A stretch of DNA of 32,000 nucleotides from an uncultured Candidatus Saccharimonas sp. (GCA_963528875.1 CAURWT010000001.1:60001-92000), one strand, 5' to 3'; shown: positions 24,675 through 32,000, counted from the stretch's first letter. Numbers and translations: made by a program. The notes: generated from the letters alone by a model not told the origin.

Positions 24675-24684
24675 ATACCCAACC

Positions 24685-24713
24685 ATTTTACCAAATTATA
24701 ATCTAAAAATCAA
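24685..24713 (-). promoter_or_regulatory. tRNA-Gln promoter
   Basis: On the minus strand: TTGATT (24713..24708), a 17-nt spacer, then TAAAAT (24690..24685), 10 nt upstream of the mature 5' end. Confidence 0.5.
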
Positions 24714-24716
24714 GTA

Positions 24717-25457
24717 TTATCGCGGACATTTTTTAGCAATTTCGCGTGCATTTCTAGTAATTTGATCAAGCAAATTTGCTTTTCGAATATTTTTATAAAG
24801 AACTTTAGGCATTTCATAATCTTTATTTTTTAAAGCTTGCTCAATTAAAAATAACGAAATTTTTGGATTTTTTGGTAAAATTGAGCCGTGCAAATATGTT
24901 CCAATCACATTTTTATAAATTGTACCCTCAAAATTTCCGTCAGGTGTGTTTCCTGCACCACTTTTAACACGCGCCAATGGCTCATTCTCTTTCGAAAGAT
25001 AAGTTTTTCCACTATGGTTTTCATAACCAATAATTTCACCAAATTGATCAGATTCTTCAACAATATTACCAATCATTCTCTGCTCGCCGCCAACCGTTTT
25101 AACACCTTTAAATAAGCAAATACCCTTGATTTTATTTCCATTTACAGTTTCAAAATAATCACCAAAAAGCTGGTATAGTCCACAAACCATTAGCATTGGT
25201 ACACCTTTTTTAGCAAGCTTTCGTAATTTTGGTGCAATTTTCAGCAAATCATCTTGAATTTGATTCTGACCCGAATCCTGACCGCCCCCGCCAATAATAA
25301 TATCAACATCCTCAGGAAATTCATCTCCAGGATTATATTCAACAATTTCGTATTTTATTCCACGAAGCTCCATCTGTTTTTTTAATGCTAAAATATTGCC
25401 ATAATCACCGTAAATATTCATATTTTTAGCATAGAGCCACAAAATTTTTAAATTCAT
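24717..25457 (-). CDS. gatD: Lipid II isoglutaminyl synthase, glutaminase subunit GatD (CobB/CobQ-like GATase)
   Basis: 246 aa. NIYGDYGNILAL is at the N-terminus, the catalytic Cys is in MLMVCGLYQLFG, and YENHSGKTY and GTYLHGSILPKNP follow. It is collinear with S. aureus GatD, and its start overlaps the murT stop (ATGA). Confidence 0.85.
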   Translation of the reverse strand: MNLKILWLYAKNMNIYGDYGNILALKKQMELRGIKYEIVEYNPGDEFPEDVDIIIGGGGQDSGQNQIQDDLLKIAPKLRKLAKKGVPMLMVCGLYQLFGDYFETVNGNKIKGICLFKGVKTVGGEQRMIGNIVEESDQFGEIIGYENHSGKTYLSKENEPLARVKSGAGNTPDGNFEGTIYKNVIGTYLHGSILPKNPKISLFLIEQALKNKDYEMPKVLYKNIRKANLLDQITRNAREIAKKCPR

Positions 25458-26740
25458 AAAACCCTCTCCACTTCTGAAATTTTCGAAAGTTCTTTTCGAA
25501 TTTCCAACATTGCCGTATAAGTTGCATAAATCCGCTTATCTTTTTTTCCTTTTTTGATAAAATCAACAACAGATTCAGCAATATCAAGATTCACACTATC
25601 TTCTTCAAAATCAACATCATCATGAAAAAGTCGAAGCGCCATATCATAAGCTCGATTACCTGAAATTGCTTGGACACCAGCATGTTTCAAGACTGAAAAA
25701 TCCACATCCCAAAGCCAGCTCATATCACGACCATCCGCATAGTTATCATTAACCGCAATCATTGTATCATATTTATCAGGCTCAAAATTTCGCAAATTTA
25801 TTCGAAAACCGGCCGGATTTTTAACTAATATAATCTCAATTTCTTTACCATTAATTTTTATTTTCTCGCCTCGACCAAAAGCTGGCTGAATTTTCTCTGC
25901 CACACAAATTACTTTTTGCCGATTGATTTTAAGTTTTTCAGCATTAAGAATTTCTTCAACCAAAGCGATCGCAGCAGTTAAATTTAAAATATTATGAATC
26001 CCGCCAATTTTGAGCTTAAACTCATCAGTTTTCCCACCCCAAGAAATTTTTGCAATATTATTCAAAAAATCCTCAAGCAAAACATTTGCTGAAATTTTTC
26101 GGCGTAATTTTTTAGAATTTTTTAAATGAATTTCATCATCATTTGGGAAAAAATCTGCCAATTTTTGATTAAATCCAAACTTAACAACTTTTGAAAAATC
26201 TTTCGAAAATTCCTTTTTACCCAAAAAATTATCGTTAGTATTCAAAACAACCGATCCAGAAGTATTTTCACCAATATTATGCAATAATTTTGCAGTATAG
26301 TCAATTTCACCAAATCGATCAAGCTGGTCGCGCATCACATTTAGAAGAAGCGAATATCGTGGCTGAATTAACTTTACAAAATGAGTTGCATGAGCCTCAT
26401 CAAGTTCCAAAACAGCAATGTCAGCCTCAAGCTTACCACTCCAATTAGCTTCAGAAAGAATTGCTGCACCCACACCACGAACAAAGTTCGAACCAGTTTT
26501 ATTCGAAAATACATTTATCCCTTGGCTTTCGAGCAATTCAACAACCATCTTTGTAGTTGTAGTTTTTCCATTCGTACCACTAATCACTACAACACCATAT
26601 TTTAAGCCTTTTAGCATGTTTGAAATAAAATTTGGATTAATTTTTTCCATAACAAGCCCAGGCAATGCCGAACCGCCACCTTTCAATCTTGAAATCGCCT
26701 GAATAATTTTTCCAATAATTACCAAAATTCTATTTTTCAT
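25454..26740 (-). CDS. murT: Lipid II isoglutaminyl synthase, Mur-ligase-like subunit MurT
   Basis: 428 aa with the Mur ligase P-loop ISGTNGKTTTTKM and a C-terminal DUF1727-type motif DGRDMSWLWDVDF. It sits immediately upstream of gatD, as in Gram-positive murT-gatD operons. Confidence 0.85.
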   Translation of the reverse strand: MKNRILVIIGKIIQAISRLKGGGSALPGLVMEKINPNFISNMLKGLKYGVVVISGTNGKTTTTKMVVELLESQGINVFSNKTGSNFVRGVGAAILSEANWSGKLEADIAVLELDEAHATHFVKLIQPRYSLLLNVMRDQLDRFGEIDYTAKLLHNIGENTSGSVVLNTNDNFLGKKEFSKDFSKVVKFGFNQKLADFFPNDDEIHLKNSKKLRRKISANVLLEDFLNNIAKISWGGKTDEFKLKIGGIHNILNLTAAIALVEEILNAEKLKINRQKVICVAEKIQPAFGRGEKIKINGKEIEIILVKNPAGFRINLRNFEPDKYDTMIAVNDNYADGRDMSWLWDVDFSVLKHAGVQAISGNRAYDMALRLFHDDVDFEEDSVNLDIAESVVDFIKKGKKDKRIYATYTAMLEIRKELSKISEVERVL

Positions 26741-27117
26741 TACTTCCTCGGTTTTGTTATGTTTGCGTCTCTACCATAAAAAGGTAGCGCAATTTTATTA
26801 TTTTTGCCATTTTTCAAGCTTTCGAAAGCAATTTCTCGCCAATTTTCATCACTTTTCACTGCGACAATTGGAATTTCTAAGCCATCAGCTAAAGTGTTTG
26901 CAACTGAAGCTCCGATTCTTAATCCCGTAAAACTCCCCGGCCCCGCAAAAAAACCAATTCCAGTAAAATCTTCATATTTTTTGCCAATAGAATTCAAACA
27001 TTCCTCTAAAAAAGCCAGAATATCTCGCGCCATATTTCGGCCCAGTTCTTTTTCGAAAAAGTTTTCATCAAGCCAAATTTTGCATTTCTCTGTTGATGTA
27101 TCTAGAAATAAAATCAT
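26740..27117 (-). CDS. tsaB: TsaB-like t6A biosynthesis protein, short form (N-terminal ASKHA half only)
   Basis: 125 aa with ILFLDTST... and GPGSFTGLRIGASVANTLA, typical of TsaB/YeaZ. It is about half the usual length. It has 1-nt TAATG overlaps with both tsaE and murT. Confidence 0.7.
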   Translation of the reverse strand: MILFLDTSTEKCKIWLDENFFEKELGRNMARDILAFLEECLNSIGKKYEDFTGIGFFAGPGSFTGLRIGASVANTLADGLEIPIVAVKSDENWREIAFESLKNGKNNKIALPFYGRDANITKPRK

Positions 27118-27539
27118 TACACTTCTCTCACTTTAACTTTTCTTTGATTTTCATTTAAACTTTCAAAAACCAGCTTCAAATGCTTTTTTGGCAAAATTTC
27201 AGCTAGATCACCAGCCCATTCAACCACTGTTACATTTTTTGGATTACTTAAATTTTCAGCAAGCTCCATTTCCATAATTCCATAATCATTCAATCTATAA
27301 AAATCATAATGCGAGAGTGTTAGCTTCTTACCTTCATAAACCCGCGATATCGTAAAAGTCGGGCTTTGAACCGTTTCGGAAATACCCAAACCTTTTGCCA
27401 AACCTTTCGTAAAAGTAGTTTTTCCAGCACCAACATCACCAATAAGTTCCAAGACTATTCCTCCAGAAATTTGCCTGCCAATCTCTTCACCGAAAGCAAT
27501 CATTTCATCTGTTGAATTTATTTCTTTTTCGAAATTCAT
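27117..27539 (-). CDS. tsaE: tRNA t6A37 biosynthesis ATPase TsaE
   Basis: 140 aa with Walker A GDVGAGKTTFTKG, SPTFTI and HYDFYRL. Confidence 0.88.
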   Translation of the reverse strand: MNFEKEINSTDEMIAFGEEIGRQISGGIVLELIGDVGAGKTTFTKGLAKGLGISETVQSPTFTISRVYEGKKLTLSHYDFYRLNDYGIMEMELAENLSNPKNVTVVEWAGDLAEILPKKHLKLVFESLNENQRKVKVREV

Positions 27540-27561
27540 AATAATATAATTATATCACGTT

Positions 27562-29001
27562 TCAGGATTCATTCAAAATATCGAGTATTTTATCCTTTCG
27601 AAGCTTAAAATTAATCAAAATAACTGCCAGAATCAAGCAAAAATAGCAAATTAGCATTTCACTAAAGCCAAAGCTGACTTCTAATTGCGCTCCTTTAATT
27701 TTTGAAAATTCACCAATTATAAAAATTGAATATTTTAAAATCAATTCCGCAATAAAGCCAAAAAAATGAGCGAATGGTGAAAATATTGCAAAAATTCCCG
27801 TTAAAAAAGTTGCAAGCATCGCACTTGGCACAAATGGCAAAACTAGCATATTCGCGAATATTGATATTACACTAACCGCACCAAAAGTAAAAATTATTAG
27901 CGGAAGTGTTGTAATTTGAGCACTAAAAGTTTCGAAAAATAATTTTAAAGCAGAATTTAGCTTTTCTGGCTTTTCGAAAAAGATTTTTTGTAATAGTGGC
28001 GAAAGAATCAAAACACCAAAAAATGAAGCGAATGATAATTGCCAGCCTAGATTAAGCAAGTTCGAAGGTTCAAACATCAAAGTTATCGCCGCTACAAAAG
28101 TTAGAAGAAAATACGCTCGAGTTTTTCTACCAAAATACCATAAAATTAAACCAAAAAATGCCACAATCCCTGCACGAATCATCGATGGCGTAAATCCAAC
28201 CACAAAAACAAATCCTAAGACTAGCAAAATTGCCACAAATAAAGCTATCTTTCTTGAAATTTTATTAAAAACTCGCTGGGCCGCCATCACTAAAACAGTT
28301 AAATTATATCCACTCGCAACCACAATATGCGTTAAAGCTGTGATTGTTAAGGCTTTAGAAATCTCCTCCGGCAAAGAATTTTTCTGACCTAAAAGATAGC
28401 CAAGCCCCAAATCAACCTCTGGTGAAGGAATAAATTTTCGAACCCCTTCAGCGAAGGAGTCTCGCATATCACGGATAAAATCACTCTTTGGGATAATTTT
28501 CATAAGTCTTCCTCGATGAATTGAAATCGCAAAATCGCCAAAACCTTCAGAAATTTTCCCTTTTACTAAGATCTCATCACTTCTACGAATTTTCTGATTT
28601 GTTTTTAAGCTAATAAAAGCCTTTCCATTAAATTGTTCATTCGAAATTTCTATAACTTTTGCACGAATTTTTAAGTTTCCATCTTCCTTAAGATCTGGAT
28701 CTTCAAGAACAGTAGCTCGAACAGTTACATCTTTTTTAATATTTTGTGCGATCTTTAAATTTCCGAAATTATAAACTGAGCCTCGCCACAAAGAAAGCAA
28801 AATTCCAGCGAGCAAGACTAAAATTAAACAAAACTTTCGAGCAAAAATCCAAGAGAATAAGAATAAAATTATTGCTAAAATTAGCCAAACAATTGATTTA
28901 AGACTTGTATTTTTCGAAAAAACTGAAAAAATAGCGCCACAAATAATTCCACCAAAAAATACAAAATTAAGATAAAATCGGTGAGTGCAGCCGCTTATCA
29001 T
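27562..29001 (-). CDS. comEC: ComEC/Rec2-family DNA internalisation channel, without the metallo-beta-lactamase domain
   Basis: 479 aa. After N-terminal TMs there is an OB-like DUF4131-type segment (VRATVLEDPDLKEDGNLKIRAKVIEI), then the polytopic competence domain with LTHIVVASGYNLTVL. No HxHxDH motif or C-terminal soluble domain is present. The start overlaps the MFS stop (ATGA). Confidence 0.8.
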   Translation of the reverse strand: MISGCTHRFYLNFVFFGGIICGAIFSVFSKNTSLKSIVWLILAIILFLFSWIFARKFCLILVLLAGILLSLWRGSVYNFGNLKIAQNIKKDVTVRATVLEDPDLKEDGNLKIRAKVIEISNEQFNGKAFISLKTNQKIRRSDEILVKGKISEGFGDFAISIHRGRLMKIIPKSDFIRDMRDSFAEGVRKFIPSPEVDLGLGYLLGQKNSLPEEISKALTITALTHIVVASGYNLTVLVMAAQRVFNKISRKIALFVAILLVLGFVFVVGFTPSMIRAGIVAFFGLILWYFGRKTRAYFLLTFVAAITLMFEPSNLLNLGWQLSFASFFGVLILSPLLQKIFFEKPEKLNSALKLFFETFSAQITTLPLIIFTFGAVSVISIFANMLVLPFVPSAMLATFLTGIFAIFSPFAHFFGFIAELILKYSIFIIGEFSKIKGAQLEVSFGFSEMLICYFCLILAVILINFKLRKDKILDILNES

Positions 29002-30254
29002 TCTTCAAACTGACGTTTTTTATTACGATAAATTCGGTAATTCACAAAAACTATTGGCAAAATTGACAAACTCGAGATCAAAAGCATAATCCTCATTGAT
29101 AATTCACCTGATGGGTCCATTCCTTGAAGCACAAAAAATAAAATCACGAATAAGGAAATATTAATAATAGAAACTGTATTCATTCCAATTTCATACAAAA
29201 ACAAATATTGTGTGCGCATTCCGGATTCATCAGCTTCACCATATAAACCTTTGAAATTCGCCATATTGAAGCCACTCATTGCCATTGCAGCAATAATTTC
29301 TAAAACTCCAATTAAAAGCGGATTTGACGGAATAAAAATTCGAAGCAAAAAAACTAACGCCACAAAAACAGCCCCAATTTTTAAAAGTCCTCGCTCTTTA
29401 TTTTTATCAATCACTTTACCATAAATAAAAGCTGCAACCAAAGATGCAATTGAAGAAATTGAAGACAAAATTCCAGCTGAACCATAAGCATTAATACCTT
29501 TCAGCAAAAAGACCGGCACAAAAAAGTTCCAAATATTTAAATAACTCCAAAACATTGCAAAACTATAACAAATAACTAGAAGATGCTTATAGTTTCGCCA
29601 CGGAAAACCTCGAAAACTTACTTTTCGAACAAGCTTCACTTGCTCTTTTGTTGTTAAGAGCGGAATCGTCGTCAAAATTAAAATCACCGAAGATACCACA
29701 AAAAGCTTCTCAACTCCAAAAAATATCGCAAAAAATCCACCAATTGCAGGAGCTATACCATTCGAAATATACTCCAAAATATATGCAACTCCAAGCTGTT
29801 TTCCAACTTTTTTGGCAGTTTTAGCTTTCGAAAAGTTAACATTATATGATATATTATCGACCGAAACCGACATTCCTGTAAAAATCTGACCAATAAGGGC
29901 CATAATCAAACCCATTTCCTTACCAAAAATTCCCATCGAAGCTATTAAAACTAAAGCTGGAATAAACAAAATATTTGCAAGTAGCATTCCGTGCTTTGGG
30001 CCATTTTTTGAAATATAGAAAAAAGCAATCATCGAACCTATAAATTTTGCAATGTAATAAATTAAAATACAAATAGGAACAATCCAAATTGAATTCGTAA
30101 ACTTATATATAAAAATTAAACTAAAAGCACCTGTTAATTTTATCGCGAAAACTCGCATATTTTTCGAAATATACAAAACAGCCATTTCATCAAAAGAAAC
30201 ATATTGCCAATAATTTCGAATTTTAAAAAAAGGTTTTAATATTTTTTTAATCAT
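28998..30254 (-). CDS. MFS-type transporter, substrate unknown
   Basis: 418 aa with about 12 hydrophobic segments. Motif-A-like loops occur in both halves (ISKNGPKHGM, GKVIDKNKERGLL). Confidence 0.65.
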   Translation of the reverse strand: MIKKILKPFFKIRNYWQYVSFDEMAVLYISKNMRVFAIKLTGAFSLIFIYKFTNSIWIVPICILIYYIAKFIGSMIAFFYISKNGPKHGMLLANILFIPALVLIASMGIFGKEMGLIMALIGQIFTGMSVSVDNISYNVNFSKAKTAKKVGKQLGVAYILEYISNGIAPAIGGFFAIFFGVEKLFVVSSVILILTTIPLLTTKEQVKLVRKVSFRGFPWRNYKHLLVICYSFAMFWSYLNIWNFFVPVFLLKGINAYGSAGILSSISSIASLVAAFIYGKVIDKNKERGLLKIGAVFVALVFLLRIFIPSNPLLIGVLEIIAAMAMSGFNMANFKGLYGEADESGMRTQYLFLYEIGMNTVSIINISLFVILFFVLQGMDPSGELSMRIMLLISSLSILPIVFVNYRIYRNKKRQFEE

Positions 30255-30338
30255 AAGTATTTATATTTTATCATATTTGGCAAATTTTTAAAAGCTCAAA
30301 AGCTTTATTTTAACCATTAAAAATGTTAAAATAAAAGT

Positions 30339-31634
30339 ATGAATATTTATTTTTCTGGAATTGGCGGCGTTGGAATTGGCGCTCTTGCAAGTATCGCCCA
30401 CAGTGCTGGCTATGGTGTTTTTGGTAGCGACCAAAATTCAAGTTTAATGATTGAGGAGCTTTCAAAAAAAGATATCGAAATTGAAATCGGCAAACAAGAT
30501 GGACATTCTTTAAAGCAAAAATTCATCGAAAACGGCATCGATTGGTTTGTTTATACTGCAGCCCTACCTAAAAATCATCCCGAACTTTTAACGGCAAAGA
30601 AATTAGGAATAAAAATTAGCAAACGCGACGAACTTTTGAACGAAATTATCAATTCAAAAAAACTCAAACTTATAGCAATTTCTGGCACTCACGGCAAAAC
30701 TACAACCACAGGAATGGCAATTTGGGCTTTTCAGCAATTAGGAATTCCAATAAGTTGGTCGATCGGTACAACAATCTCCTTTGGTGCGAGCGGTTTTTAT
30801 GACCCAGAAAGTGAATATTTTATCTACGAAGCTGATGAATTTGACCGAAACTTCTTGCATTTCACACCAATGGTTAGTTTAATCACTTCAATTGACCACG
30901 ACCACACCGATATTTATAAAACTGAGAAAGATTATTTTGAAGCTTTCGCAGAATTTGGCTCGCAAAGCGATTTTATTATTTCTTGGAAAGATCAACATCC
31001 AGAAATTTTCAAAAACCTAAAGAACAAGGTAATTTTATCTCAGCCAGAAGATAATATTAATCTTCCTGGAATTCACAATCGAAAAAATGCTAGTCTAGTT
31101 CTTGAAACTATTGATTATTTAGTTGAAACCCAAAATCTTAAAGCTCCAAAAGATTTTTATGAAAAAGCAATTTTAGCACTAAATAATTTCCCTGGTACAA
31201 ATCGCCGTTTCGAAAAAATAACAAGCAATGTTTATTCTGATTATGGTCATCACCCAAAGGAAATTCAATCAACGCTTCAAATGGCAAAAGAAATAGCTGA
31301 AAAGCAAGGATTTTCTGGAGTATCATTAATTTATCAACCACATCAAAATATTCGACAAATTGAAGTTCAAGATGAATATACGCCAGAAATCTTTGAAAAT
31401 GCCAATGAAGTTATTTGGCTGCCAACATATTTAAGCCGTGAAAACCCAGATTTCGAAATACTTTCGCCAGAATTCCTTTCAAGAAAAATATCAGAAAAAA
31501 CAACAATTTTAGATTTTTCAGATAATCCAAAAGAATTAATAGAGAAGATTTTAAGTTTAAAAGCAAAAAACCGATTAATTCTAGCAATGAGTGCTGGCTC
31601 ACTTGATGGCTGGATTCGAAAAAGATTAAAATAA
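30339..31634 (+). CDS. murC: Mur ligase, UDP-N-acetylmuramate--L-alanine ligase-like (MurC/Mpl family)
   Basis: 431 aa with the N-terminal Rossmann GIGGVGIGALASIAHSAGYGVFGSD, the P-loop ISGTHGKTTTTGM, and DHDHTD and GTNRRFE motifs. Confidence 0.7.
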   Translation: MNIYFSGIGGVGIGALASIAHSAGYGVFGSDQNSSLMIEELSKKDIEIEIGKQDGHSLKQKFIENGIDWFVYTAALPKNHPELLTAKKLGIKISKRDELLNEIINSKKLKLIAISGTHGKTTTTGMAIWAFQQLGIPISWSIGTTISFGASGFYDPESEYFIYEADEFDRNFLHFTPMVSLITSIDHDHTDIYKTEKDYFEAFAEFGSQSDFIISWKDQHPEIFKNLKNKVILSQPEDNINLPGIHNRKNASLVLETIDYLVETQNLKAPKDFYEKAILALNNFPGTNRRFEKITSNVYSDYGHHPKEIQSTLQMAKEIAEKQGFSGVSLIYQPHQNIRQIEVQDEYTPEIFENANEVIWLPTYLSRENPDFEILSPEFLSRKISEKTTILDFSDNPKELIEKILSLKAKNRLILAMSAGSLDGWIRKRLK

Positions 31635-31642
31635 AATATATT

Positions 31643-31669
31643 CCCGCAAAAAAAGCGGGTTTATTTTTT
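31643..31669 (+). terminator. Terminator after murC
   Basis: CCCGC-aaaaaaa-GCGGG followed by TTTATTTTTT. Confidence 0.65.
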
Positions 31670-31670
31670 A

Positions 31671-31701
31671 ATAAAAATAAAAAAGCGGGAAAAAACCGCT
31701 T
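31671..31701 (-). terminator. Terminator for the convergent minus-strand gene
   Basis: On the minus strand AAGCGG-ttttttc-CCGCTT is followed by TTTTATTTTT, about 67 nt downstream of the stop at 31768. Confidence 0.45.
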
Positions 31702-31767
31702 AAATATCAAACTGGTGATAAAAATCAAGATTTTTCAAAATACTCTCAACCTTTTCCTAGTGTCGTC

Positions 31768-32000
31768 CTAAACTATTGACGGGCTACCCGAAAGTTTATC
31801 GGCAACTATTTTCATGGATTTCTCCAAGGTTAAAGCAAGATTGTTAAACAGACAAAGTGAATAAATATTTAAATATAAATCCGAAGAATAGTCAAAGAGT
31901 GAAATTAACTCCCACCATGCCTCCCTTATCAACCCCGAAACATCATCGTATTTGAATTCATTTCTGGAAGATATTTGAACAATTTTAATAGACGAATCAA
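31768..32000 (-). CDS. C-terminal 76 codons of an unidentified protein; the start lies beyond the window end
   Basis: Hand translation of the minus strand gives an open frame from the window edge to the TAG at 31770..31768: ...DSSIKIVQISSRNEFKYDDVSGLIREAWWELISLFDYSSDLYLNIYSLCLFNNLALTLEKSMKIVADKLSGSPSIV*. It is not in the ORF track because it runs off the edge. A matching minus-strand terminator lies downstream. No family recognised. Confidence 0.45.
   Translation of the reverse strand, partial: DSSIKIVQISSRNEFKYDDVSGLIREAWWELISLFDYSSDLYLNIYSLCLFNNLALTLEKSMKIVADKLSGSPSIV

Noticed and set aside
24503-24694. 63-aa minus-strand ORF
   Set aside because: It consists of the translated tRNA-Gln gene plus its terminator, so it is not coding.
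26381-27136. Plus-strand ORFs of 74, 94 and 110 aa
   Set aside because: They are antisense to murT and tsaB, which have clear family motifs.
31411-31728. 105-aa minus-strand ORF
   Set aside because: It is antisense to the 3' end of murC and reads through both terminator hairpins. The translation is low-complexity and Phe/Leu-rich.
31895-31928. SD-like AAGGGAGG followed by an 8-codon mini-ORF on the minus strand
   Set aside because: It lies inside the longer open frame that runs from the window edge to 31768, and the spacing between the SD and the ATG is only 1 nt.
1-32000. Alternative genetic code (UGA recoding, as in Gracilibacteria/Absconditabacteria)
   Set aside because: All conserved genes are full length under the standard code, and TGA works as a stop in a coupled ATGA junction (28998..29001).
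1-32000. CRISPR arrays, IS elements, integrases, prophage or toxin-antitoxin modules
   Set aside because: I saw no spaced direct-repeat array, no transposase or integrase-like ORF, and no terminal inverted repeats. Apart from the TTCGAA word and the terminator hairpins, I found no longer repeats.

Overview
This is an AT-rich (about one-third GC by eye), roughly 90% coding chromosomal segment with short or overlapping gene junctions. I call 28 CDS (two run off the window edges and are missing from the ORF track) and 3 tRNA genes: Pro-UGG, Glu-UUC and Gln-UUG, each with its own promoter, terminator and encoded CCA. I found no rRNA, CRISPR array, transposase or integrase. Most of the content is housekeeping: polA, trxB, an FKBP-type PPIase, pheS/pheT, rmuC, greA, argS, a P-type ATPase, khpA, trmD, arcC, pyk, murT/gatD, tsaE/tsaB, comEC, an MFS transporter and a murC-like ligase. 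The compact layout, truncated TsaB, nuclease-less ComEC, pilus-type genes, MurT/GatD and lone carbamate kinase suggest a small-genome Patescibacteria/CPR (Saccharibacteria-like) organism using the standard genetic code. That placement is inference only. Main findings: (1) The palindrome TTCGAA, often extended to TTTCGAAA, is massively over-represented. A hand count gives about 104 copies against about 11 expected, and about 50 copies of the 8-mer against about 1 expected. It occurs in all three reading frames, on both strands, and in promoter spacers, terminator loops and hairpin arms. This resembles cyanobacterial HIP1 or a DNA-uptake sequence. (2) Positions 1..4033 hold an uncharacterised three-gene operon: a small membrane-anchored protein, an 827-aa Cys-containing secreted protein, and a PilX_N-like pseudopilin-like protein. 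It is a candidate pilus-associated surface or adhesion module. (3) About 11 genes have a consensus or extended -10 box only 6-11 nt upstream of the ATG with no Shine-Dalgarno, suggesting widespread leaderless mRNAs alongside a minority of strongly SD-led genes. Smaller oddities are listed under findings.
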